A stretch of 63,379 nt of DNA, the filler included, from Nemertoderma westbladi (taxonomy: Eukaryota; Animalia; Xenacoelomorpha), in assembly GCA_032718475.1 (NCBI GenBank). It is 4 parts of 4 records of this genome, joined end to end, with 100 filler letters (N's around TTAATTAATTAA, not from the genome) between each part and the next. Parts side by side here need not be neighbours in the genome. Positions count along the whole stretch, not along the records: positions 22,960 to 42,864 come from JAUCBJ010008408.1; 3 more parts are not named here. One strand, written 5' to 3'. This document shows, one piece after another, positions 24,325 to 35,850 of the stretch. The notes beneath the pieces are model-generated. The model worked only from the letters and a program-made list of their open reading frames with translations. It ran no database searches and was not told the origin of the DNA. Numbering within the stretch: position 1 is the first letter of the stretch; the number at the start of each line of letters is the position of its first letter. The translations under genes and the position numbers were made by a program.

Positions 24325-25087
24325 CGGTGGTGATTTTGGACCACGTCTTTCTTTTTACAGAGGTTCATTGAGTTTTTGCTTTCAATTTTTCCGCAAATAT
24401 GAAAAGCAAAACGTGTTTCATTAGTTTTGGCTTATTCTTCTTTTCAGAATTATTTTGTAAAGGAAAAATTAGTTTTATACAGAAGTACCTACACTACTGC
24501 AGCTGTTGGACAGCATGTACGTAGGTCCGATAGCACTTTCTGATATCCGGTTGAATCTATGATATCCAACAGACTTTTATCGGATATTAAAGTTTATACC
24601 GGTATTCATCTTACATTTTTATTTTCTGAAAATAATAACATAAAATATCCTGTCAGATTGCTGGAGATCCAGCGGATTTCCGGATATCAGGTTGCGTCGG
24701 ATACCTGACTGTGTCGGATATCTGTATTGGTCGGATATCAGGCTGGTTCGGAAATCTGGCTGTGTCGGAGATCTGTATTGGTTGGATATCAGGCTGGGTC
24801 GGAAATCTGGCTGTGTCGGAGATCTGTATTGGTCGGATATCTGGCTGTGTCAGATATCTGTATTGGTCGGATATCAGGCTGGATCGGATATTTAACTGTT
24901 TCGGATATCTGGCTGTTTTAGATATATAACAGGTTATTTTCAAGTTGTCAAGTTTAATACCCGGTAAAAGTCTGCAGGATATCCGATATCAAAAAGTGCT
25001 ATCCGATTAGGTATTGTAAACTAGATTTACTGAAAAGCGAAAAGCAAAAACGCAATGAAAGAACGAAGTGGCCCAAAATCACCACCG
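24325..25087. mobile_element. TA-flanked MITE containing a nested foldback element (24526..25006)
   Basis: TA|CGGTGGTGATTTTGGACCAC...GTGGCCCAAAATCACCACCG|TA; inner TIR tccgatagcactttctgatatc / gatatcaaaaagtgctatccga. Confidence 0.8.
24680..24925. repeat. Minisatellite of 17-bp subunits arranged as a 51-bp higher-order repeat
   Basis: gtcggatatctgtattg, gtcggatatcaggctgg and gtcggaaatctggctgt cycle; the overlapping ORF has a 17-aa period. Confidence 0.85.
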
Positions 25088-25140
25088 TAGAATAGGCCAA
25101 GAGTATGCTTGTATTTGTCGTTGGTCTTTATTCAACTTAC

Positions 25141-25308
25141 TTGATCGATGTTTGAATTTCGCGGCAAAAAGTAAACTATGTCTTCAGTTATTTTTTTAGC
25201 GGCATTGTACACTCGAGCGCCACCAAGTGGCAAAGTTTCCAAATCAAGAACCGAATGCTTCGAATATTCGGGACCACCCCACGGCGGACTGAGGAATACA
25301 ATATCGCC
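25141..25308 (-). CDS. TGS1: Trimethylguanosine synthase, exon 5 (not in the ORF track)
   Basis: ttattTCAG|GDIVFLSPPWGGPEYSKHSVLDLETLPLGGARVYNAAKKITEDIVYFLPRNSNIDQ|GTAAG; contains the SPPWGG signature; phase 0/0. Confidence 0.93.
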
Positions 25309-25581
25309 CTGAAATAATCCAAAATATAAAACTATAATATAACGCGCGGAGAAGCCCTTAGTGACTAAATCAATATAACATGAGTTCCATGGTTATTAAC
25401 ACGAGATTTGATATTAGTGCAATGCGAGTTATGCAGTAACTAACTCTTACAGTAGGTAGCATAATGGAAGAGTTTATTGACAATATTATTATAATCATAT
25501 AAAAAATATTGAATAATAAATAAACCTTCACATACAGTATGTTATATTTTTCTTGGCAGTTAGCCCATCCACCACAGTTTA

Positions 25582-25746
<165 letters not shown>

Positions 25747-26246
25747 TTACTTAGATTTCCATGGTTACACAGTAAACTATTCCAGATATCTGTACAGTAC
25801 AGAATGACGGTACCGGTGCATTTAATACCTGTGTGCTGCCTTCTGGCCTTGAACAGTTGAATGCTGGCTCAATCATTCCAACAATACCAGAATATAACTT
25901 TTGCAATATCCGTGGCCGTAGGTGAAGCTGGAGCTCTACGCCATACGGGAACCAGACGCAGCGTTTGGCGGTTTGGGTTGGATAATTTTTCTTTGGTACA
26001 GTTATTAAAAATAAGTCAGTTATTGTGTACATAGCTGCATAGTAGGTTTAGGTAGGCTATGATATTACAGTATTATATAAAAGGGATAGGTAGATACGAT
26101 GAACTATTCTGTTATGCCCTACTGAAAACAGAAAAGTAAAGGTATCTTCTAAATAACGAAATCAACTCTTTTTAACTTTGCCGTTTAAAGATACACATTA
26201 CTACACTTTTGAGTTAGCAAAACAGTACAATTTGCTAATCTACAAT

Positions 26247-28370
26247 ATGGTTCCGATATTTACATTTAACATCCGCCAACGCATCCATCCAAACTTGGTA
26301 ACTCTAGGCGAATACGACGGCATTCACCCTAGTCTTACCTTCGCCACTTTGGGAGGCAAGGTCTACGTTCACAACTCCAACAAAGTCCCAACCTCGACTC
26401 CCAGTAGAACCGATCTCAACGTGTCAACCGGCGACTTTAACATGCTGAACATCAACCAAACGGTAACGGCGCTGCATGCCGGCCACCTGGACGCATCCAA
26501 GGACTACGAGGTTCTTTGTATCGGATCTCCGACCAATCTTCTTTGCTACGACGTCGAGAACAACAAAGACCTCTTCTACAAAGAGGTTAGCGAGGGAGTA
26601 AGCGCGCTTACTATAGGCCTCTACGGATCGCACGCGGAACCTCTCGCTATAACCGGGGGGAACTGCGCCATAGAGGGATTCAACGCCGCTGGAGATGATA
26701 TGTTGTGGACGGTAACCGGGGACGTTGTCTCCTCGTTAATCCTCGCAGACAGTACGGGAGACGGTCAGAACGAACTCATTGTCGGCTCCGAGGATTTCAA
26801 CATCCGCATATTCGACGCGGCGGAGCAGCTAGTCCACGAGATGACGGAGACCGACAATGTGTCGTGTTTGTGTCGGATGGGAGCAGGTAAGTATAGCTAC
26901 GCGTTGGGTAATGGAACCGTCGGCGTTTACACAGCCGGGACACGGTTGTGGAGAATAAAGAGTAAAAACAACGCGGTTAGCATATTAAATTATGATATAA
27001 ACGGAGACGGAGTTGATGAGCTGATAACGGGGTGGTCTAACGGGAAGATCGATGCGAGGAGTGAAGCGAACGGCGAGGTTCTGTTCAAGGATATGATGGG
27101 TTCATCTGTGGCGGGGGTGGTTAGAGGGAAATACAGGGGGGCAACAGGGGGGACTCAACTGGTAGCCTGTTCAATCGAGGGTGAAGTCAGGGGTTATTCC
27201 GTGGTAGACGCCTTAGCTAAACGAGCCGCTATACTGGACGGTAACGTAGAGCAGGACACCCTGAGAGATCTGCAGCAGAAGAAACAGAACATTCTGTTGG
27301 AGTTACGCAATTACGATTCTTCGTCGGTTCCGATTAGTGGTCACGGGATTCCCGCGAACACCCAACTGCAGACGGCCTTGAGTGTGGGGCCGAACGGCGT
27401 TCAGTTGACCGTAGTCACCACCAACGGGACGCTGATACCTGTGGTTCTAATATTCGCGGAGGGGATATTCGATGGGGAATGCCACGTGGCTCACCCGTCG
27501 CCGAATGCGTTGAGCGGCTGCGTTGTGATCCCTCTCGCGCCCCCCAAGGACGCCCCTGTAGATCTCCACGTTAAGGCCTTTGTATGCGCCTCTCGCTCCT
27601 CCATACAGTTCCAGGTGTTCGAGTTGACGCGACAACTTCCACGATTCGCGATGTACGCCCATCACCCGACAAAGAACGCGGTCGCCACGCCCAAAGGGAA
27701 CGTTAGGTTCGTGGTTGCGGAACGCGTTAAACGCCTCATCATCTGGTTGGAACAGAACTTCCTGATGGTGGAGGACATCGACGTGGTTGAAACCGGAGAC
27801 TTCAGGATCGGGTTCACTTCGCTGCGAGGTTCGGGGCCTCTCGTCATCTCCATGTCGAAGGTCGGCAACGTGGTCATCCACACGGACGATATGGATCTCG
27901 CGGGCGACATCATCCAGCATCTCGGCTCCTTCCTAGGCATCGTGGATCTCCAATCGAGTTGCGATTTCCCCAATCACATGGCGAACCTTAAGGAACTCCT
28001 CTCGCGCGTCGACGGTTTGCACAGCGCCCGGGAGAAGATGAGCGCCGACATGGCGGACAGCAGTGCGCTGATCCGAGCAATGGTCGTCAAGGCAGAGGAC
28101 GCCAGACTTCTAGGAGATATGAAGAACATGAGTAAGGCATACATGGAGTTGTACACACTCAATGTGGACCTCATTTCGGGATATCGCATCCGATCAAACA
28201 ACCATCAGGAACTTGTCGACTGCCTTCGCATCGTCAACCAGTTCATTCAGAAATCCGCTAATCTCCGTATCGGCAAGTACAAAACAGCCGTTGTTTCTGC
28301 TTGCCGTCAGGCCATTAAAACGAACAACTTACAGGCATTGTTTAAGATAATTATAACAGGGGAAGGTTGA
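26247..28370 (+). CDS. BBS2: Bardet-Biedl syndrome 2 protein, single exon, 707 aa, nested antisense in TGS1 intron 3
   Basis: MVPIFTF..GEYDGIHPSL, LLCYDVENNKDLFYKEV, WTVTGDVV, ELIVGSEDF, ELITGWSNGKIDARS, FELTRQLPRFAMY, AEDARL, LRIGKYK..CRQAIK. First ATG 26247 (the 26178 start is TTG). Confidence 0.96.
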   Translation: MVPIFTFNIRQRIHPNLVTLGEYDGIHPSLTFATLGGKVYVHNSNKVPTSTPSRTDLNVSTGDFNMLNINQTVTALHAGHLDASKDYEVLCIGSPTNLLCYDVENNKDLFYKEVSEGVSALTIGLYGSHAEPLAITGGNCAIEGFNAAGDDMLWTVTGDVVSSLILADSTGDGQNELIVGSEDFNIRIFDAAEQLVHEMTETDNVSCLCRMGAGKYSYALGNGTVGVYTAGTRLWRIKSKNNAVSILNYDINGDGVDELITGWSNGKIDARSEANGEVLFKDMMGSSVAGVVRGKYRGATGGTQLVACSIEGEVRGYSVVDALAKRAAILDGNVEQDTLRDLQQKKQNILLELRNYDSSSVPISGHGIPANTQLQTALSVGPNGVQLTVVTTNGTLIPVVLIFAEGIFDGECHVAHPSPNALSGCVVIPLAPPKDAPVDLHVKAFVCASRSSIQFQVFELTRQLPRFAMYAHHPTKNAVATPKGNVRFVVAERVKRLIIWLEQNFLMVEDIDVVETGDFRIGFTSLRGSGPLVISMSKVGNVVIHTDDMDLAGDIIQHLGSFLGIVDLQSSCDFPNHMANLKELLSRVDGLHSAREKMSADMADSSALIRAMVVKAEDARLLGDMKNMSKAYMELYTLNVDLISGYRIRSNNHQELVDCLRIVNQFIQKSANLRIGKYKTAVVSACRQAIKTNNLQALFKIIITGEG

Positions 28371-28530
28371 ATCTTTTAGAAACATTAGGAATATCTGCCT
28401 TTCATTGTTATTAATTTTGTATTTAATTCATTCATTTTGCTTGATATGCCAAATGGACTTACCTCATAACCCAAAAGGTTGTTTCTATCAAAGGCAATCC
28501 TACCTACAGTAACTACTTAAGACTAACTAT

Positions 28531-28615
28531 AACATAGCTTACATTAGTTACATTTGGTAACATAGCTTACATTTGGTAACTTAGCTTACATTTGGTAACT
28601 TAGCTTACATTTGGT
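28531..28615. repeat. Short minisatellite (~19-bp unit ac(a/t)tagcttacatttggta)
   Basis: About four adjacent copies downstream of BBS2. Confidence 0.8.
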
Positions 28616-29408
28616 TGGTTGGTGAGTCATGGAGTGTATTTATTTTTCAATAAGTTGCGTCAGTTATTAATTATTGAAATTTGATCGGGACCGAATCCTT
28701 GAGTGACCTCTGATGGTTGTTCATTTATTTTTAAAATATTGTTTTTAATAATATTATCTTTGCTAATTAACCGTTAATTGTCCGATTCAGGAAATACCTT
28801 CATCGGTTTCCTAATATCTATAATTACCTCGATCGACTGAGTCTTTTCAGATATGGGAATTCGCAATATGTACCAAAATGGCTCGTTATTCTACGATACA
28901 TGTAACAAACACCACATGCCATGTACGCTGAAATATTGTCACTCTTTTAAGACCCCCCCCCCCCCCCCCCTCCCTCCTGGTCGTTTATGGACGTCTAGAT
29001 GCGGAGAATTGGTCGGATATTCCTCACCAAAAAATGTCGAGATGTACAATATTTTGTATTTTTAATTAATTATTATTTATTATATTAATTTATTATTATA
29101 TTAATGGGTCGTGCCACTGAATTTCGACATAATATCTGGGGTATGGTTGATGCGATGTTGTAATTGTATTTAATTATTGTAATTGAATTTCACGATGTTA
29201 ACATTTTCACGGGTCTCATTATTCATGTACGGTAATCTCATTGAGATTTGTAGAACAATTCGGGTGTCCGATAACGGAATTACTACACTAATGTATATTA
29301 CCAGTAATAGTTTAGTTTACGGAAAATGTTTGAATAAAAATGTGCTCCGGTTTAACTTTGGAACACCACATGGTAAAACAATATTTTGGTTATAGAATTA
29401 TTAACTAT

Positions 29409-30120
29409 TCTGAAAACTATTTTATTCTTAAATTGTTATTTTTTTGCTCGAATATAACCCAAAATCGGGAGAAAATGTTTCATTTTTTCCCTAGGGAAAA
29501 AGTAACCCATTTGATTGCATTGATTTTACTTTTTTCCCGGGGAAAAAAGTAAATTAAAATATTTTTTGTAGAATTTCTTAAATTTTATTACATGTGTTGA
29601 GAGAGCATCGACGTAGAAAAAAAATGGTTGCACGTAATTTGAGTTAGATCCATTCACGTCGTCTTATATACTCAATAGTTATTGCAACTTTAGTGTCTGC
29701 GCGGCGAACTCCAAAAACGGGAACTCAATATAAAATATTGTTTTAGGTAGTTAAGCGGCTCTCTAGTTAAATAATAATTAATCGATAACACTAAATTATT
29801 TAACATTGAGTAAGGCAGAGTACAATAGATACAAGAGTACAATAATATGAATCGCAGTAACTATGGAGGCAATATAGTAAAAATACTGCAGTTCAATTTA
29901 TTTTGTAACACTATATCTTCTATATTTTATTAAAGAATTGAGCAACACAAAAGTACCAATTTGAGAACAAAATGACGTATTTATTACATGGGGAAAATTA
30001 TAGAATATTTTTTTTAAATATTCCCTCGACCGACCCTTTATTAACCTCGATGACGCCCGGTAAATAAAATGCCTCGAGAATAGTGAAAAAAATTTCAACT
30101 TTATTCCCATGTATTAAATA
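29409..30120. repeat. ~700-bp dispersed repeat, copy A
   Basis: Shares blocks such as aaaatcgggagaaaa, gttattgcaac.ttagtgtctgc and aaaatactgcagttcaatttattttgtaacactatatc with 34228..34890, same orientation. Confidence 0.8.
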
Positions 30121-30779
30121 ATGATTTGCCACGTCCTGTCTCCAACGCAGTAAATATTTGTTACACTTACAAACGTGTTTATCTCTAGTGTAATTGAAAC
30201 TAAACGGTCGTGAATGTTGTAACTTTGTAAATATTATATATTAATACACGTCGTATTATTTTATTTGAAAAATTGTTTCTTAATTCAGACATCAGACCCC
30301 CCCCCCCCCCCCCCCCAATATTTGTAACAGGCCAGATAAATATATTTTAAATAAATATATGAAAAATAGATAATAATCTGTTATCCCTATCGCTATAAGG
30401 CGCTGGGAAATGTTAGGCCTAATTCATATTGGAAAATCCCGTCCAGAGACTGTAATCAATAGCCCTAGTATATTTGGCCTTGGTTTCATTTTTTTGATTG
30501 CACGTATTGAACAATGTAACTTTCTGTAACTTTACTTAAATCAGTCGTCGTAATCATGCTATCCGGGGTTTAATCGTGACTTTTGTTTAAAATTCATTTA
30601 CTCCGCCGTCACATTGTTTGAACCTCATGTTAATGTTCGTCGGTTCAAATGGTAAACAGCGGGAATTAAAAAACGTTTTCGCGGTTGTTACTTGTTATAT
30701 TGTTAAACAACAAACTACAAAGTAGGCCTATACAAATTACAGAGATTGCGCTACTGGGGAATTTAATTGCTGATTTTCG

Positions 30780-32723
30780 TTAATAAGTATCTTGAGATAC
30801 TTGGCTACCGGGGTAGTGCAGGTCTAATTGATGCAAAACTTCCTTCATGTGGTCTCGGTCACGAGCTTCAATGAGACAACGGACATGTACCTTACTGATA
30901 TCAGTATCCACAGATTCTCTTTGGTAGACCATGTCCCTGACAGAAACGCCCAATTCGCCCATTAGTTGCCCGAATTCGGCGAATCCCATTGGTTGTTCGC
31001 TGAGCGTCAACATGACGCCACGCAGCCTACCATCCGCGGCCAAGCCGTGTTCTAGCGAGCGTCCCAACGACATGGTGTCGTTGTACCCTCCTGTCAGCGG
31101 GATCACAACTCGTTTATTAGCCAACTCCGGTGCCAAACCTACCAAAACCGCCGCTAGAGCCAGTGCCCCCTGTCCGCCCACAACGTAATTCTCGTGCTCA
31201 ACAAGATGTAACATAGCGAGCGAGAGCCCTCCCTCTGGAACCACAAACACGTCTTGTACCAGCCGTCTAGCCCTAACGAGAGCGTCCCCATCGACAACAG
31301 GGACCTCGGTAGCTTCTACATCTACTCTACCAGGGCTTTCAACCCCGTATATAAGTACTTTAGGCGCCATTCTCTCCATCGCCACTGATATACCCGTGAT
31401 CATCCCAGCATCTTTGAGAGGCACAATTATCGCATCTACATCCTTTACTTGCTCCCAGATTTCTAAACCTATTGCCCCGTGTCCGGCCACAACCATAGGA
31501 TCATTGTAAACATCCAGATACTTCAAACCCCTCACATCTGCTTCCTCTACAGCCGCTTGTCTAGCCGCAATCATGGAATCACCACGGAAAATCACTTCAG
31601 CACCATAGTCCTCGCATCGCTTCACTACTTGCAACTGTGCTTCAATTGGCATGAAAATAGTCAAGGGAATATCCAGAGATTGTGCCTGATAGGCAGCGGC
31701 TACGGATGCATCATCGACGCAACTACAAATAATAGCGGCCGCAGGTTGCTGGTCTCTTGAGAGCATTTTTAGAGCATAGCGAAGACCACGTTCATGGTAA
31801 CTACCAGTCGGATGAGAAAATTCTAATTTGTAAAAAATATCAATTCCACAAGGATGCCGCATACGGGAACGAACACAAGGTGTATTGGGAATTATGTCTT
31901 TTATAGTATACACAGCCTCGCAAACACTATTAAAATTAATTTCAGATGACCTTTCTTTTCGACGAATTTTCGTTTCTTTCTTTTCTCCTATTTTCTTAGT
32001 AGTAGTGCTGGATCGAATTTCATTATATTGAATGTCCTCTGTAATGTGGTCCTGAGACAATTTAAGTATGTCCAGAACATCTACATCGTCTGTTGTTGGC
32101 AACTGCGCGGGTCGGATAGAATGACGGTTTCCCCTGGAAGTCGGCCTCTTTGAAAAACTTCCTGAACCTTTGCCTTTCAAAATAGTTTTGGAGTTACTGG
32201 TAGACCCTCGACTTGGAACCCTTGTTACACTTGGCTTTGATTTATTTATTTCCCTTCGTCGTTTTAACTCTACATAATCTTCATATATTGTTTCTATTGC
32301 AGGTTTTATATTAATGTCCTTACTAACATCTGGGCCAACAATTGTTTTATGGGGAACACTTACTTTACCAGCAACGCTTTCTAGTTTACTGCTAAAACTT
32401 ACTTTACGGTCAAGACTTTCTTTATTTCTGCTAAGACTTACTTTACTGGCACTGCTCTCTTTATTACTGCCATAACTTACTTTACGGCCCGCACTAGTTT
32501 TACGACAAACATTTGTGGTAATTGTAGATGATTTCTTGGGTGTTTTGTCTGCCTCTTGTTTGGACATTCGAACCTTCCGTTTATCAGTTATTGACGCGGC
32601 TGTCTGGTTATCTTTAAATTCTAATCCACCTGAAATACCGATGTCTCCAAAGCTTTGAAAAGAAGTGACAGTATCACCATGCCCAACCGGGGAAGCAATG
32701 ATAGCATTACTTTCAGACGCCAT
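30780..32723 (-). CDS. Intronless threonine/serine dehydratase-fold (PLP fold II plus C-terminal ACT-like) protein with long basic N-terminal extension, 647 aa; probable pseudoenzyme; nested in TGS1 intron 3
   Basis: TPC..S, YKLEF.HPTGSYHERG, IFMP..A, YGAEV, YNDPMVVAGHGAIGLEI.EQ..VDAIIVP, GLAADGRL, ACT-like end (EARDRDH). First ATG 32723 (the 32750 start is GTG). Confidence 0.88.
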   Translation of the reverse strand: MASESNAIIASPVGHGDTVTSFQSFGDIGISGGLEFKDNQTAASITDKRKVRMSKQEADKTPKKSSTITTNVCRKTSAGRKVSYGSNKESSASKVSLSRNKESLDRKVSFSSKLESVAGKVSVPHKTIVGPDVSKDINIKPAIETIYEDYVELKRRREINKSKPSVTRVPSRGSTSNSKTILKGKGSGSFSKRPTSRGNRHSIRPAQLPTTDDVDVLDILKLSQDHITEDIQYNEIRSSTTTKKIGEKKETKIRRKERSSEINFNSVCEAVYTIKDIIPNTPCVRSRMRHPCGIDIFYKLEFSHPTGSYHERGLRYALKMLSRDQQPAAAIICSCVDDASVAAAYQAQSLDIPLTIFMPIEAQLQVVKRCEDYGAEVIFRGDSMIAARQAAVEEADVRGLKYLDVYNDPMVVAGHGAIGLEIWEQVKDVDAIIVPLKDAGMITGISVAMERMAPKVLIYGVESPGRVDVEATEVPVVDGDALVRARRLVQDVFVVPEGGLSLAMLHLVEHENYVVGGQGALALAAVLVGLAPELANKRVVIPLTGGYNDTMSLGRSLEHGLAADGRLRGVMLTLSEQPMGFAEFGQLMGELGVSVRDMVYQRESVDTDISKVHVRCLIEARDRDHMKEVLHQLDLHYPGSQVSQDTY

Positions 32724-33628
32724 TGTTAAGTTACTTCCAATAAGTTTCACGACTTTAGCGTACTAGTGTTTCATATCACCACTCCTGAGATTATAGTTTA
32801 CATACAGTAAAGAAGAAAGCTTATTATAATAACTATATTAAGTGGTGGCAAAAAAGTAGACTTTTTTGTCGAGCAAGACAAAAAATGTTACTTTTTTCCA
32901 AAACTTACGTAGTTTTATTTGTTGTAAGTCTTCTCACTTTTATCTGGGCCTATTTCAGCATAAATATCGTCCTTCGAAGCTTCTTCCATAGTGAAATACG
33001 GGTACCTTGGGTACCCGTAGTTTGACCAATTTTTTTCATATGAAAAGGCTTTTTTTATCATGAGGTTTTTTCTAGAACCAATATTTGATCTTCTGACAGG
33101 AGGATGGTATTTGTTCCAAAAAATGTTCTAGAAAAAAATGTGTGCTAGAACATAAATATTTATCGAAATTGATAACTAACACGTGTTCTATAACATTTAT
33201 AAAAAATTCGCAAAAACTAGCTATTATAAAAAATCAATAGAAATCACTTTGGAAATTACTTATTTGTTGAATTTAATCCAACATTACTTTTTTTGTTGAC
33301 AAAAAAGTGTTCTTTTTTTGTCTAACTTGTTAACCACTTTGATAATAAAATGTGACTTACAACAAATAAAATAAATTATTATATTAAAATATTGTCCATC
33401 AGCAATTAGATGGACATAGAATTATGGTTCACACTAAGTTTTTTGATGTTTTTTTTTTATAGATTTGAACATTGAGGTACGATGATTTAGAACTCAAATG
33501 ATGCCAATGGCATTGAACACGAACATTTTCATAATTGTATTTACATGATCTCATTCTGACTCAATATGGAATTCATGCAATCCCTAATTCAAATGTAAAG
33601 TAAATTGTAAGATACTGGCTTGGTTCGT

Positions 33629-33855
33629 TCGCCACCGTGACGTAGCGTTTAATCCGTGCACTTGAGTTCGCTTCTCCGGCTGCAGAGATCGGGGGTTCGA
33701 GCCCGGCTGGGGTCTCAGCGAAGTTTTTATTTCGGCAATGATGCTATAAAGGGACTAACTATCCAGGGTTTGTTTCCGCCTTGCACGCTTTAAAGGTCGG
33801 CAAATCAGTACCAGTTCCATCAACAAGGGCGTATAGTGATGGGGGTTTCGCATTA
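33629..33855 (+). mobile_element. tRNA-derived SINE
   Basis: Box A-like tgacgtagcgt, box B ggttcgagccc, later aaggtcggcaaatcagtaccag resembling the central domain of the SINEs at 40630 and 50690. Confidence 0.55.
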
Positions 33856-34086
33856 GAAAAAATGTCGCCAATCTTTCACTAGCGTAATCTATCGCCATTC
33901 GACCGATTAAATATGTACTTTTTGTCCCAGAACATGTTTACTGTTACTCACTTCTATACCAATGGGAATATTCGCTTATCAGCTTAAAGATAATAATAGT
34001 AGGTTGAACATAGTTTTAAAAATTAATTTAATTGCTTACCAATACTTTACTTACTATCAATTTAAAATTCCTCTTGCATTTTAAAA

Positions 34087-34890
34087 TCTGAAAAAAATAT
34101 TTGAATTCTTAAATTGTTACTTTTTCGCTCGAATATACTCCAAAATCGGGAGAAAATCTCTCGACTGTCTCGAGAATAGTGAAAAAAGTTATACTTTTTC
34201 CCATGTAAAAAATAATAATTATTATTCAATTGTTTCTTTTTCGTTCGAATATACCCCTAAATCGGGAGAAAAAAATGGAGTACTTTTTTCACTGAAGAAA
34301 AAATTAACCCATATATTTTACTATTTTACTCGCATTGATTTTACTTTTTTTACCGGCGAAAAAAGTAAAATAAAATATTTTTTTGTGGAATTTCTTAAAT
34401 TTTATTACATCTTTTGAAAGAGCATCAAAGTAGAAAATGTTTGAAAGTAATTCAAAAGTTATTGCAACATTAGTGTCTGCAGGGCGTACAAGAAAAGAGA
34501 ACCTAGTATCAAATTTTGGTTTATGTACTGTAGTTAAGCGGCTCACTAGTTAGTTACGTAATAAATATTCAAGAACACTAAATTATTTAACATTGAGTAA
34601 GGCAACATCAGGAGTTGAAGAGGACAGTAATTTGAATCGCAGTAACTATGGAAGCAATGTAGTAAAATACTGCAGTTCAATTTATTTTGTAACACTATAT
34701 CGCTCGATCTTTTATTAAAGAATTGAGCAACAAAAAAGTACCAATCTAAGAATAAAATTACGTATTACATGGGGAAAAAACGTAGAATTTTCCAATATTC
34801 TCTCGTCCATTTATTAACCTCGCTGGTGCTCAGTATATAAAATGCTTCGAGAGTAGTTAAAAAAAGTTCTACTAATTTCCCATGAAATAA
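34087..34890. repeat. Dispersed repeat copy B: internally deleted mini-copy (34087..~34215) followed by a full copy (~34228..34890)
   Basis: Collinear similarity to 29409..30120. Confidence 0.8.
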
Positions 34891-35599
34891 ATAAATTTTT
34901 TCAATTTATATTCCAGCGAAATATTTTCAATAATTATATAATTTCATAATCATCTCTAGCAAAAGATTTGTTTTGTGAGACCTAAAATGAAATTACTAAT
35001 GATGAACCTTAAGATGGCTGTCCTCTTTGATGTACTGTGGGGCGAGCCACGCAGTAAGGGCGAGCCTTAGCACAATTATAATTAGTAAATAGGGCAAAAT
35101 TTCATGTCGTCGTCTGTCCGTCTGTAATGAAAAATTCATTCGTAAATAACTTTTGAAAATATTAACCATTTTCAGCCAAATTTTGTATGGGCATACTAGA
35201 GAAAAAGTTCCTATATTTTGAAAGTTACGGGCAAATACCGCTCGAACTTTTGACTCCAGATCAAATCGAACTTGTTTCGAAATTGATCAAGTACATTATC
35301 AATTACAAGATCATGAACGTGTACGGTATTGCATTTCCAGATCAACTATTAAACAAAATAAAGTACAAGTATGTAAAGTACATTCATATTCAGTAGTCAA
35401 TTTTTGATTCCAATGTATAATTATATAAGCAATTGCCGGCTATTTTTTGAATGGCCATTGCCATTGGGCAGAATGGTCATTGACGACCAGTGGATACCAT
35501 TTGGATTCTAAATAAACGTATCAAACGAAGTAAAACAAATGTAAAAGCTTTCTTGGCCGTTAGGCCAGGGATTACGTACACAATCTTATGACTTATATA

Positions 35600-35850
35600 C
35601 ACCATGTCCTGGAATATAGTGTCTTTATTCAGGTACCTGCCCCCCCCCCCCCCAAATTTTTCTACAAATCTTAATGAGATTACAGGAAGTTACAAACAGA
35701 GTTAGGTTCATCTCCCTCCTCCTTGCTGGGTGAGCCAGAATTTTCACTTTCATTCTTTAGCTACAAGCGTTTAAAATAAGTATCTCCGTCGATATTGCAC
35801 CAGTTATACCGCAGTTATTCTTCAAAGTTTTAGTGATTTGTTGGTACTAG
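35600..35850. mobile_element. Partial copy of the CACCATG-terminated MITE family
   Basis: TA|CACCATGTCCTGGAATATAGTGTC; interior matches the reverse complement of ~22585-22835. Confidence 0.75.

Noticed and set aside
24653-24943. Repetitive ORFs or CRISPR-like pattern
   Set aside because: The ORFs are by-products of a 17/51-bp minisatellite inside a MITE.
30780-32723. Horizontal transfer from bacteria as the origin of the dehydratase-like gene
   Set aside because: ACT-bearing threonine dehydratases are normal in invertebrates, and lack of introns is shared with BBS2 and the MFS gene; only a phylogeny could support transfer.
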